Shown one piece after another: positions 36,614-48,883 of a stretch of DNA of 52,168 bases. The DNA is from Octopus bimaculoides. Its lineage: Eukaryota. Position 1 is the stretch's first letter. Every line of letters starts with the position of its first letter. The notes below the pieces were generated by a model, which was given only the letters and a program-made list of their open reading frames with translations, ran no database searches and had not been told where the DNA came from. A program made the position numbers and the translations under genes. The stretch is taken from contig NC_068982.1 of the NCBI RefSeq assembly GCF_001194135.2, forward strand, positions 190,256,390 to 190,308,557, read 5' to 3'.

Positions 36614-39467
36614 CTCTCTCTATATANNNNNNNNNNNNNNNNNNNNNNNNNNNNNNNNNNNNNNNNNNNNNNNNNNNNNNNNNNNNNNNNNNNNNNNNNN
36701 NNNNNNNNNNNNNNNNNNNNNNNNNNNNNNNNNNNNNNNNNNNNNNNNNNNNNNNNNNNNNNNNNNNNNNNNNNNNNNNNNNNNNNNNNNNNNNNNNNNN
36801 NNNNNNNNNNNNNNNNNNNNNNNNNNNNNNNNNNNNNNNNNNNNNNNNNNNNNNNNNNNNNNNNNNNNNNNNNNNNNNNNNNNNNNNNNNNNNNNNNNNN
36901 NNNNNNNNNNNNNNNNNNNNNNNNNNNNNNNNNNNNNNNNNNNNNNNNNNNNNNNNNNNNNNNNNNNNNNNNNNNNNNNNNNNNNNNNNNNNNNNNNNNN
37001 NNNNNNNNNNNNNNNNNNNNNNNNNNNNNNNNNNNNNNNNNNNNNNNNNNNNNNNNNNNNNNNNNNNNNNNNNNNNNNNNNNNNNNNNNNNNNNNNNNNN
37101 NNNNNNNNNNNNNNNNNNNNNNNNNNNNNNNNNNNGTGGTGGAGGTGGTAGTAGTAGTGGTGGTGGTGGTGGTGGTGATAGTGGTGGTGGTGGTGGTGGT
37201 GGTAGTAGTAGTGGTCTATCTCACATACATAATATATAAAGTGATAAATTAACAAAGTTCTTAAAGAGCTTTGAGTAAAATATCGTGTAGTATCTATTTC
37301 GTTTTATTGTTTTCGTTCCGTGTTCAAATCCAGGCGAAGTCAGTAAAAGTATAATCCCCAATTCAGGTCCCGGGAAGCAGTTTGGTGCAATTGTTAGAAC
37401 GTAAGGCGACATACCTTGCAGTATTTATTCCATTTATTTATTTATTTTTGCGTTCTGCGTTCAAATCTCGCTTGGGTAGTAGACACAAATCGTTGTCCGG
37501 TTTAAACACAGCTCCACCTGGTGCTTTCTCCACCTGTTCTTAACCCCACATAATTCTTGCTCCAACTGGCCTCTGTCCTGACTAACCCTTGCCGCATTTG
37601 GTCGTTACCCGATTTGATCTTTGAGTTCCTTTGAATGTACTTGAGCTACGTCACACATTCGAAGATAACTACCTCCCTTCTCTTCACCAATCTCTCTGGA
37701 AGCTCCTGGAAAAGAAAGACGGCCATTTGTGCTCGTTTTCTTTTCTTGATTAACCACATTAGAAAGAAAAAAAAATATATATATACATAGGTGCCGGCTG
37801 TGTGGTAAGACGTTTGCTTCCCAACCACATAGTTCCAAGTTCAGTCCCACTCCGTGGCAATTTGGGCAAGTGTCTTCTACAATAACCACGGAAATTCTTG
37901 TAAGGAAATTCGATAGATGGAAACAGAAAGAAGCCCGTCGTGTATGTATGTATGTATGTATGTATGTATGTATGCATGCATGCATGCATGTATGTATGTG
38001 TGTGTTTGTGTTTGTTGCTAACCACCGCTTGGCAAACGGTGTTGGTGTGTTTANNNNNNNNNNTAAGTACCAGACTTCAAATAAATAAATAAATAAATAA
38101 AATAAAATAAAATACCGAGGTCGTTTCATTCGAGTAAAAATTCTTCAAGGCAGTGCCCCAGCATGGCCGCCGTCTAATGATTGAAGCATGTAGAAGACAA
38201 AAAAAAAGGTAACAGGTTTCGTCATTCAGTGATACCTGGCGATAGGTGAGATATTAAAGAGATTAAGAGATTAAAAAAGAAGAACGCAATTGACGTGATA
38301 TCTAAACATAATTAAAGACAAAAGTCTGAGGCTCGACAGGTGAGATGATGTAACAATAAACGGAAATATCTCGAGATGACGTCATCATATATTAACGTAT
38401 TTTCGTTATCGATCCAGAAATGACAAATGCTGCCGACACCAGAATCTCATAAGAGAAATAAAAACTATCGATATTTGAAGAAGAAGAAGAAGAAAAAATA
38501 TGAATAAATTTTGCTAAAAATGGTCCACATTAAAAAATATTTAATATTAATTTTATTCTTGTTTGCTTTTGCTGGTTCTCGACCTTACAGTGTTACATAA
38601 TTGTAGACCTGTTTCTATTATCAATATTTGTTCGCTACACTTAAAACACGTTCAGGTTTCTTTCATTTTCTGTTACAGACGTGTGTGTGTGTGTTTGACT
38701 CTAGCTGCAGTGTCTCCGTCTGTTGTGTTGCAGCTACCTGTATTGTGTTGTCCCTGTATCTACGTCTGTTTTGCTGTAGTTGTGTTTGTTGTGCTCCATG
38801 AACACCTGGATGTACGTCTGTCTGTCTGTCTGTCTCTGTTGTGTTACACCTGAGTCTGTCTGTCTGTATCGTGTTGTAGTTGTATTTCCGTTTGTTGTGT
38901 CTGCTTCTATTGCACCTGTTTCCATTTCCTTGTCTCAATACTTTGTTCCTGTCTCCATTTATCATTGTTTAGTAGACATTCCAGTCATGACCATCCCGTC
39001 TTTAATCGTAAGTATTTTATCTAAAACCAAGTTATTCAATATACTCTCCCGCTTTTACGAAAGTAGGGTGTTTAGCTGCTGTTTCTAGGAGATCGAGTGA
39101 CTTCATAGACAGCTTGTTACTGGCTGATATTTCATAGAATAGGTGAGAGAAACTGAACAGTCTTGAATCGATATCTACTGTCACCTCTCTGTGTCCTGCG
39201 TTCAAACCCTGCTCGAGTCAACTTATAAATGCTTTATATTTAATGATGTTGGCGGGTGTCTACACAATTTCTACCAGTAATATAGGGATTTAAAATCAAC
39301 TCCAGTGATCCACTGGTACTTATTCTATCGACCTCGAAAGGATGAAAGGCAAAGTCGACCTTGCGGAATTTGAACTCAGAACGTAAGAGCGGACCAAATG
39401 CCGTTTAGTATTTCATCCGGCGTGCTAACGATTCTTCAAGCTCACCTATTTATTTTTCTACAAGTAA

Positions 39468-39687
39468 GGCGTAGTGCAGGCAGAATCTGTAGTACGCCGG
39501 GCGAAATGCTTAGTCGTATTTCGTCTGCCGTTAGCTTTTGAGTTCGAATTCCGCCGAGGTCGACTTTGCCTTTCATCCTTTCGGAGGTCGATAAAATTAG
39601 TACCAGTTACGTACTGGGGTTGATGTAATCGACTTAATCCCCCCCACCCCCAAAAAAATTTGCGGTCTTGTGCCTCTAGTAGAAAGG
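39468..39687 (+). mobile_element. tRNA-headed Nin-domain-like SINE with 20-bp TSD. Other copies: about 1432-1625 -, 13750-13850 -, 14727-14882 +, 26677-26894 +, 31530-31718 +, 33331-33535 +, 39300-39446 -
   Basis: B box GTTCGAATTCC and core gaggtcgactttgcctttcatcctttcggaggtcgataaaattagtaccag. The direct repeat atttatttttctacaagtaa lies at 39448-39467 and 39688-39707. The Nin label is from recall. Confidence 0.85.
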
Positions 39688-41701
39688 ATTTATTTTTCTA
39701 CAAGTAAAATATTCTGAATTAAACCAATGATTTTTATCTCTTCCTTTCGACAGTCTCTGCCTTATGTAACACACGTCAATGTAATGTTTACCAATAATTC
39801 CCAGCTTTACGACCGTTCCAGATGACAAATCCAAATTAAAGAAACGTTTCATGTCTCGCAGTATGTAGTCAAGTCTGTTGCTCAGGTGTCACCATCATTA
39901 AAAATCAATAAAATACCAGTAATATCATGGAAGACACCCATTTTCACACTAAACTACTGACAGTATCTCTATGCATAGCTTTCAGAAGTCATTCCTCTGC
40001 ATCTATTTTTTTCCCTTTTCACCAAATTATAAGGCATGGAACCTTACCAAAGGCTTTCTTAAGATAAAAAAAAATATTAAACATAATGATTTGCGCGTAA
40101 GAATAAAACACTAGTAACAGATTAATACAGACGTTACGAAAGATATGAAGCTTTCCGCTGTCATCAGGTTTTCTATGTTGAAAAGCAGAAAAAAAGAAAG
40201 AAGAAAAACACCACGGCGAAAACGCTGACAGACAAAATCCTCTTCACATCTTCCATAAGGCCTGTGCTAATCTCTCTTCTTTTTTGTTTGCTTTCAAGAT
40301 TTGTTTTATTTCAAAATATTTACAAATATTTTGACTGTATCAGCCACTTTGTATACATCCATCCATCCATCCATACATACATACATACATACATACATAT
40401 AGTGTTATACTTGGGGATGGTCATAGTTTGCCAATTAAACACAGGCACCATAAGAGTCCGTGTGTATATTTGGCTCAAGAAACTTGCAAAACAAACACAT
40501 AAACGAGTATATATATAACATGTATATACATATATTGATAGAAATGGCAAGACAACAAAAAAAATGAAAGAGACCTCGATATTATGTAAATAGAGGAATT
40601 TATCTGTAAATATATGTGACAATTATTCGGTAGCCATTATAAAACACCGAGCTTCGGATGTCGTAGCATTTTTTTCCATGGCCCGACAACTGAAGAGATG
40701 CCGGTGTGGGTTTTCGCCCCGACATTCGAAAGTCGGAGTTTTATCATGGCTACCAAATAATTGTCACACGTTATATTTACAGATATATATATATATNNNN
40801 NNNNNNNNNNNNNNNNNNNNNNNNNNNNNNNNNNNNNNNNNNNNNNNNNNNNNNNNNNNNNNNNNNNNNNNNNNNNNNNNNNNNNNNNNNNNNNNNNNNN
40901 NNNNNNNNNNNNNNNNNNNNNNNNNNNNNNNNNNNNNNNNNNNNNNNNNNNNNNNNNNNNNNNNNNNNNAACAAGTATACAAACCCATTTTCGAACTCAA
41001 CACTAGATGCACGCGCACGCGCATGCACGCACGCACACACACATATTCTTGCTCCGCATGGATACTTGGATATCTATATATCGCTCGTTATCTCTCTACT
41101 TACCTACCTACCTACCTACCTACCTACTAGCCTGTCTGCCTGTCTGTCTGTCTGTCTGTCTATCTATCTGTCTATCTGTCTGTCTGCCTGTCTGTCTGGC
41201 TATCTATCTATCTATCTATCTGGCTATCTATCTATGTGTATATGCTGGTATATACACTCTATTTGATGAGTATGTGTGTATGTGTGTACATGAGTGTAGA
41301 CACCGATGTAATTGAGAATGCTTAGGGAGTCAGATTGAGTGAGTGGGAGAGAAAGAGAGAGAGAGAGGAGGGGGACAGACAGGAAGACAGAGAAATACAG
41401 ACAAAAATTACCCGTGATGCAGTTTGAATGAATTGGAAGGCAAATAAGGTTTGTACGCGTTGGTGTTTTGCGGTTGGTGGCAGATGTTTGGGTGTAGGAA
41501 GGGTTAGTAGTGGTGGTGGAGTAAGTAGATGTGTTTATTGGGTACAACGATGGCTGCGGGGGTGGGTGGTTGCAGGGGAGAATGGGAAATCTCGAGGCAA
41601 ATATTTCAATAAACATCATCACTGCCATTACCACCATCGCTACCACCACCGCCATCACCACAACCCCCCCACCATACCGCCACCACCACCACCACCACCC
41701 T

Positions 41702-41735
<34 letters not shown>

Positions 41736-41785
41736 GTCGTCGTCGTCGTCGTCGTCACCATCAGTACAGTTTCTTGGCTTACCTT

Positions 41786-42707
41786 NNNNNNNNNNNNNNN
41801 NNNNNNNNNNNNNNNNNNNNNNNNNNNNNNNNNNNNNNNNNNNNNNNNNNNNNNNNNNNNNNNNNNNNNNNNNNNNNNNNNNNNNNNNNNNNNNNNNNNN
41901 NNNNNNNNNNNNNNNNNNNNNNNNNNNNNNNNNNNNNNNNNNNNNNNNNNNNNNNNNNNNNNNNNNNNNNNNNNNNNNNNNNNNNNNNNNNNNNNNNNNN
42001 NNNNNNNNNNNNNNNNNNNNNNNNNNNNNNNNNNNNNNNNNNNNNNNNNNNNNNNNNNNNNNNNNNNNNNNNNNNNNNNNNNNNNNNNNNNNNNNNNNNN
42101 NNNNNNNNNNNNNNNNNNNNNNNNNNNNNNNNNNNNNNNNNNNNNNNNNNNNNNNNNNNNNNNNNNNNNNNNNNNNNNNNNNNNNNNNNNNNNNNNNNNN
42201 NNNNNNNNNNNNNNNNNNNNNNNNNNNNNNNNNNNNNNNNNNNNNNNNNNNNNNNNNNNNNNNNNNNNNNNNNNNNNNNNNNNNNNNNNNNNNNNNNNNN
42301 NNNNNNNNNNNNNNNNNNNNNNNNNNNNNNNNNNNNNNNNNNNNNNNNNNNNNNNNNNNNNNNNNNNNNNNNNNNNNNNNNNNNNNNNNNNNNNNNNNNN
42401 NNNNNNNNNNNNNNNNNNNNNNNNNNNNNNNNNNNNNNNNNNNNNNNNNNNNNNNNNNNNNNNNNNNNNNNNNNNNNNNNNNNNNNNNNNNNNNNNNNNN
42501 NNNNNNNNNNNNNNNNNNNNNNNNNNNNNNNNNNNNNNNNNNNNNNNNNNNNNNNNNNNNNNNNNNNNNNNNNNNNNNNNNNNNNNNNNNNNNNNNNNNN
42601 NNNNNNNNNNNNNNNNNNNNNNNNNNNNNNNNNNNNNNNNNNNNNNNNNNNNNNNNNNNNNNNNNNNNNNNNNNNNNNNNNNNNNNNNNNNNNNNNNNNN
42701 NNNNNNN
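41786..42707. other. Largest assembly gap. Others: 14883-14892, 23324-23915, 28776-29299, 30161-30565, 33601-34069, 36627-37135, 38054-38063, 40797-40969, 44733-44742, 45801-46049, 49805-49936
   Basis: Runs of N; most abut microsatellites. Confidence 0.99.
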
Positions 42708-42744
<37 letters not shown>

Positions 42745-42837
42745 CGCGCATGCACTTAAAGGCCTCTGTTGTCTAACAGTGAAACCATTCACATTGGAGC
42801 GTGTCTTTACTTGGTAAAGATAAAACCGACCACCATG

Positions 42838-43138
42838 ACGATGCGTGGCTCAGTGGTTCGGTGATTTGGTTCACGATCATGAGTTCGATACCCGGCAGCG
42901 CATTGTGTCGTTGAGCAAGACACTTTATTTCATGTTGGTCCATTTCATTCAACTGGCAAAAATGAGTTGAACCTGTAATTCAAAGGGGCCAGCATTGTCA
43001 CATTCTGTGACATGCGAAATCCCTTGAGGGGACATGTGTCTGCGGAGTACTCAGCCACTTGCATGTTAATTTCACGAGCTGGCTGTTGTGTTGATCGGAT
43101 CAACTGGAACACTCATTTCCGTGACCGACGGGGTGCCA
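42838..43138 (+). mobile_element. tRNA-derived SINE sharing the 3' half of the 34289 element but with a different central domain (ttgagcaagacactttatt...ctggcaaaaatgagt)
   Basis: A box TGGCTCAGTGG, B box GAGTTCGATACC; the 3' half aligns to about 34490-34666. Confidence 0.78.
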
Positions 43139-44179
43139 GTTCAAGACCAACCTCCGTTGTGCAGTAGAACGATTCTATTCGGCCGCCAGGTCCTATCTTC
43201 GACCAACGCTTCACGTTCTTCTCTTGGTAAGAATAAAAAAAGATCGGACTTGATTTGACTGTTCAAAAATTAAGTGTGTTCCATCCGTGGCCGCCTCACC
43301 AGAGACTACTATATCGTGTAATATAGCTTTCACTCAAGAAGGCAGAAGGCAAAGTGTAATTTGGTTATTATTTCTAGCTGGTTACACCACCACATTGGAT
43401 ATCTCACAGTTAGCTGGTTACTTAAGTACATATTACTAGGGAAATATCGATCACTATTGTTGTTGTTGTTGTTTAACCCCAGATCAATCCTAAATGCATA
43501 AACCTGTGATCAAAGGTGGTGTTAACGATTTTGTTTAATCCTATGTCGGCCCTTACTCATAGAAAACACTGGAGCTGGGATTATCACTTCGTTTATTCTT
43601 ATCTAGAATTACATTATATCACGTTCTTTAATAGTTTGATCTGTAGGACAATTTCTGTACATACTTACACAATCTATTCCACTTTCAAAACCACCCCTAT
43701 TTCTTTGCATTACACAAAGTCTCCTTCATGCTGAAGCTAATACAAGCTTCAGCTTTTGGAGATAAATTACCGACTTACTGTTCAATATTAATTAGGATAC
43801 AATATCCCACAAACACAAGACACAACAAAGAATATCAAATGTAGGTGGACGACTCTCAAAAGACATCCAAGAAGTAATTTCTCGAACGTAATCATCTTAT
43901 TAAGTTTTGCGAGCATTATCAGACGTTCGAAATAACGTCAGCAAATTTTCTATTGCTAGTTTATTAGCAAGAAACCGATAAGGGATTTTACAAAACACAA
44001 TTTACATTCTCCCCTGATAATTATTTCTGAAAAGAAGCGAAGAGTTTATCTTTTATCTATGGAAGAATGCTTGGTTGGTTTTGTTAGCATTAAACAATTG
44101 TGTCGGTATCAACTAGTGAATATTAGTGTAACGTAGTGACTCTCTCATCATTATATCGGGGAGTAGGTGAAAGTTTGTG

Positions 44180-44220
44180 CTTCGCTGATGGATGATAATA
44201 AGGTCGAAACACGTACGGAG
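44180..44220 (+). ncRNA. Solo hammerhead-like motif with one core substitution
   Basis: cttcg-CTGATGg-atGATaataagGTC-GAAAC-ac-GTA|cggag, with a 5-bp stem I, followed by ttgtctcccatacttg as in the 27799 copy. Confidence 0.45.
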
Positions 44221-44586
44221 TTGTCTCCCATACTTGTCGCAGTAATTAAAATAATATTAGTTATTGACTAACACTTTTTTCCATCGCCGTTTAATTATTT
44301 CTAATTAGCTTTTTAATGTTCCTTGTATTAAAAATGCTTATATTAGCTCAACTATCTCTCTATGAAATCTGTCTGTCTGCTTGTTCTGTCTGTCTGTTTA
44401 TGCATTTATACATACATACATACATACATACATACATACATACACAAATGCATATATGTGCGTATGAGTTGTGCACGCGTGTGTATATGCGAGAAAGGAG
44501 AGAGAGGGAGAGAGAGAGGGAGAGAGAGAGAGAAAGAGAAAGCGAAAGAGAGAAGAGCGAGAAAGAGAGAGAAAGAGAGAGAAGGG

Positions 44587-44628
<42 letters not shown>

Positions 44629-44742
44629 ATGACATTTAAGATCTAAAAGAAGAAGAAAACGTGACAAACGGAGAAAGGAGAGAGAGGAAGAGTTAAGAAG
44701 CAGACAATATGAATATAAAACACACACACACANNNNNNNNNN

Positions 44743-44797
<55 letters not shown>

Positions 44798-44902
44798 AAA
44801 AGATAATGGGTGTTAGAAGCTAATTAAATTCGTTTCAACCGTTGAGGCAAAACAGGAAGTTGAATTTCACGATTTGTCAGTCGATGATGTCACTTCCGTT
44901 TG

Positions 44903-44921
44903 AGACGCCCCCTGGCGGAGA
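44903..44921 (-). promoter_or_regulatory. CTCF-like motif with nearby ETS-like motifs
   Basis: The minus strand TCTCCGCCAGGGGGCGTCT closely matches the CTCF core CCNCCAGGGGGCG. CAGGAAGT at 44853-44860 and CACTTCCG at 44891-44898. Confidence 0.45.
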
Positions 44922-45083
44922 AAACAGTGTCTTCCTGTACACCACCCTAAAGTGATTTGTTGCAGACGTCTTTTACTATATCAACTTATTACTATAATTT
45001 GCCTGATTTAGTTGCTAGGCAACGGTTTCACTGTTATTAAGAAGTGTTTGTCGTTGCTTTTATTGGTGTTTAATTTAAGTTTT

Positions 45084-45138
<55 letters not shown>

Positions 45139-45151
45139 CCGTTGCTGCAGT

Positions 45152-45211
<60 letters not shown>

Positions 45212-45335
45212 TGTAGTTGTTGTTGTAGTAGTTGTAGTAGTAGTTGTTGTAGTAGTAGTTGTAGTAGTAGTAGTAGGTGTAGTAGTAGTAGTAGCTGTAG
45301 TAGTAGCTATTGTTGTTGGTGGTGGTAGTGGTGGT
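45084..45335. repeat. Compound trinucleotide repeat (GTA)n-(GCA)n-(GTA/GTT)n-(GGT)n
   Basis: Visible directly; it gives the spurious poly-Val/Ala ORF 45012-45350. Confidence 0.95.
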
Positions 45336-45744
45336 ATTGTGTTTATTTAAAGCAGATTATTTATTTTTTTAGTATCTCCTCTCTTTATTGGGTTAATCAA
45401 AGTATACTGTATCCCATATGTGTACTAAAACCGGCTTTACCAATCAGTTTCACACAGAGTATCAAAACAAGATACTAGATGACATCATCGTTACTGCTCT
45501 GATGAGCCCGCGGTATTCTTAACCGTGCAGTTAACTGTAATACTGTACGCTTTGATTAATAAACCCTCTCTATTGACTTATATGAGTGCATATTTTTATG
45601 GATTCTTAGATGATCACCCTCTTTCTTCAATATATGTAGTGTAACTAAATTAATGTCTGCCTCTAACCAAGCCTCTAAAAATTCACCACCCGCACATATA
45701 CTAACACACCCATATATACACATACACACATATACACACATACA

Positions 45745-45800
<56 letters not shown>

Positions 45801-46502
45801 NNNNNNNNNNNNNNNNNNNNNNNNNNNNNNNNNNNNNNNNNNNNNNNNNNNNNNNNNNNNNNNNNNNNNNNNNNNNNNNNNNNNNNNNNNNNNNNNNNNN
45901 NNNNNNNNNNNNNNNNNNNNNNNNNNNNNNNNNNNNNNNNNNNNNNNNNNNNNNNNNNNNNNNNNNNNNNNNNNNNNNNNNNNNNNNNNNNNNNNNNNNN
46001 NNNNNNNNNNNNNNNNNNNNNNNNNNNNNNNNNNNNNNNNNNNNNNNNNAAAAAACAAACAAGTAATTTTTAAATCTTCAACACACACCCACCACGACCA
46101 CCACCACTGACTCACTTCACCTGTTTTAGAATCCAGGTATGTGTGTTCGGATGATTCAACAAAGAGATTTTAATAGAATTTGCCAGAAACTGCAAGAGAC
46201 TGCAATACTTGATGCAAGCTGTAATGGTGGCGAGGAGAGCTTAACGTTTTCATTCATTTTTCTTGTTTTTTTTTCATCTATTTCTTTGCTATATTAATTA
46301 CTGTTCTTCAATAAACGTCCCCCCCCCCCGACGGTTATTCATTAGAATTCAATTTCGATTTAATAACCCATTCATTACCCACTCCCCGCCTCCTTCCCTC
46401 TTATCACTTCTCCCCTCCCTATGTCGCTCCCACTGATTTCCTTCCCATTCTTACTCATTTCGTTACCGTAATTCATCGTTTTCTATCTCACTCACTCACT
46501 CA

Positions 46503-46568
<66 letters not shown>

Positions 46569-48524
46569 GTAATTTCTCGACTGATGTGATGTCGCATCGG
46601 CTCCGCAGGTAATCGCTTTTTCCGACCTTTTATTGCACACATTTTGTTTCAATTTTTGCATACAAGGTGTGTAAAGCACCCAGCTTTCGTTTGAGTGTGT
46701 TTTTAAGGGAGGAACTGACCCCTAGGGATCGTTTCAAACCTATTTATATTCCTAGTTTCTTCGGTTTCCTTGCCATATTTCTAAGCAAATATGGCTAAGC
46801 GAAACCATGAAGCCGACTTCCCGCCTCTACCAATGCTAGAGGTGAAGGAAGCTGAAAGCAAAGCCGTTCCGCGTGAACGCACACGGGCCTTAGAAGGCAC
46901 TAATGCTTCTGCTACTATAACCACTGCCTCCACCACTGCTACCACCACCACCGCAATCACCACCACAACCAACACGAATACCGATAACAATTTTGTCGCG
47001 GCTTTGAAGCCAAAGAAAAAAATAATGCATTTTTCGAAGGAAGAACTACTTGCCTGCAAAGAAATGTTTACAAAAAGTGAAGTCACCATTCAATTACAGA
47101 CACCTGAAAACATCACAAAAAATATCTAAAAAAAACAATCATTTACAAAACACCCAACGCGAAAACAAAAGTACATGAAACAGCCACCCATGAAAATGTG
47201 GAAAAATGTTTAAGGCCCATATGGACCTTTAAAGACTACATAACGAGGAGAAACAGGTTGGCGACGATCGAAGTAAGATTCGACAGCGAAGAGCGGGCCA
47301 AGGACCTCTCCACAAGGACCTTTCAACATGAAAATCTCCTCATGATCCCTACATACCTTATTCATAGGGTCACAAAAGTAAAAATAAAAAATGTGCCCCC
47401 TGAAATTGAAATAAAATGGCTTGTGTCTGCCATTTGCTATGGCATCGAGGACGAAATCTATATATTGGTAATCGCTGTCCTGGACCAGCAAAACTGGATT
47501 GGCCAGGGAATAGAAATACTTGCCCAAATCGATCCAGCGAATTTAAAAAAATTCCCCACCGAATCCAATTGACAGAGGATTCAAGCTTGCATGTAGCCGT
47601 CGAAGGCAGAAAGCCAAGTTGCTACGTTTGTGGTAGCAAAACACATTTAAAAACTAACTGCCCAGTAGCACAGAAACAACAACCACAACAACATGACCAC
47701 GAAAAACAACAACCACAAGAAAACCAAAAGCCGAGCAAAAAACCAGCACTACTACCCACACTGCCATATGCACAACGAATTAAGCAGCTCTACGAACAAA
47801 CGAAGGAACATCAGCAACCAACAAACCAGCCAAACCAAACAACACTACCACCAGCGCCACCAAGAACAGAACCAACACCATCATCACCACCACCAACAAC
47901 AACACCACAGGAAGAAGAGGAAACCAAAACGACTCATACTCCACCCCCAAAAAACCCAAATACCACACCCCCAAGTGTCACCAAACAGCACCAACACCAT
48001 CAACAACAAAATCAACACACTCAGAAATAGACCCCCAATACTCTACCCCTCCCACCCTCTGATTTTTCCGACATGTCGTCAGATGAAGGCGACACAGAGG
48101 ATTGGCAAGTGGCCACAGGTGGGGGGGGGAAAGAAAAAGTGGGGAAAAAAGAATAGAGAAGCAGACAAACAAAGCGGGGAGGTTTACTACTCCCGAAACC
48201 AAAACACCGCAGAAAACAAAAGCTTCAACATAAACACACTAACACCAAACCCCACAACAATGTTGACAGCCATAAACACCAACAACCCAGATCTAATGGA
48301 ATACATTAGGTCAAACACCAACATAACAGAAAATGATGCCAAAACAGAGAATCACCCACAGCACATTAAAATCACACACACATAACACAGAACACACAGC
48401 ACATTGAAATCTCTCTACCCGGACGCAGTAGGGAGATTCCCAAAATACCTCTCTAAGAAACTATACAAAAACCTTCTGGAAGAAGACTGTGAGGTGAAGG
48501 ACAAACAACTTTCGGACAGTAAGT

Positions 48525-48596
<72 letters not shown>

Positions 48597-48883
48597 CCTT
48601 TCGTGTGTAAAACACAACCTTCGATAGGAACATGCTCAAAATAGGCAGTATGAATATACGTGGCTTGGGGTCGCCTTGGAAACAAGGCTACTTGTTAAAC
48701 GACACCAAGTTACAAAATCTGCATATCAGCGAAACCAGACTCCGCAGCTCGCGGGCACTCCAGCACATGTTCGGCGGACATTTCGACATTGATTTTTCTC
48801 CGAGAATGGGCGGTGGAGGTACCGCGGTGGTTCTTCGGAAGAGTCTGGACCTCAAAGTAAGAGCAATTTTCCTAGACCCGGAG
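46569..48883 (+). mobile_element. L1/Tx1-clade LINE 5' part: 5' UTR, frameshifted ORF1 (RRM-like region, CCHC knuckle, low-complexity P/T/Q tail) and the first 84 aa of the APE endonuclease
   Basis: ORF1 pieces at 46791-47129, 47198-47572 and 47416-48030 are broken at A-runs. Knuckle C-x2-C-x4-H-x4-C (CYVCGSKTHLKTNC) at 47620-47661. ORF2 starts MLKIGSMNIRGL..SETRL..GGGTAVVLRK..IFLDPE. A (TC)n tract lies between ORF1 and ORF2. Confidence 0.82.

Noticed and set aside
41531-42817. Long ORFs (up to 428 aa) in the track, and similar ones at 23.3, 28.7, 29.9, 33.5, 36.5, 40.7 and 45.6 kb
   Set aside because: Artefacts of N runs and microsatellites.
45012-45350. Poly-Val/poly-Ala ORF
   Set aside because: Translation of a compound trinucleotide microsatellite with no gene context.
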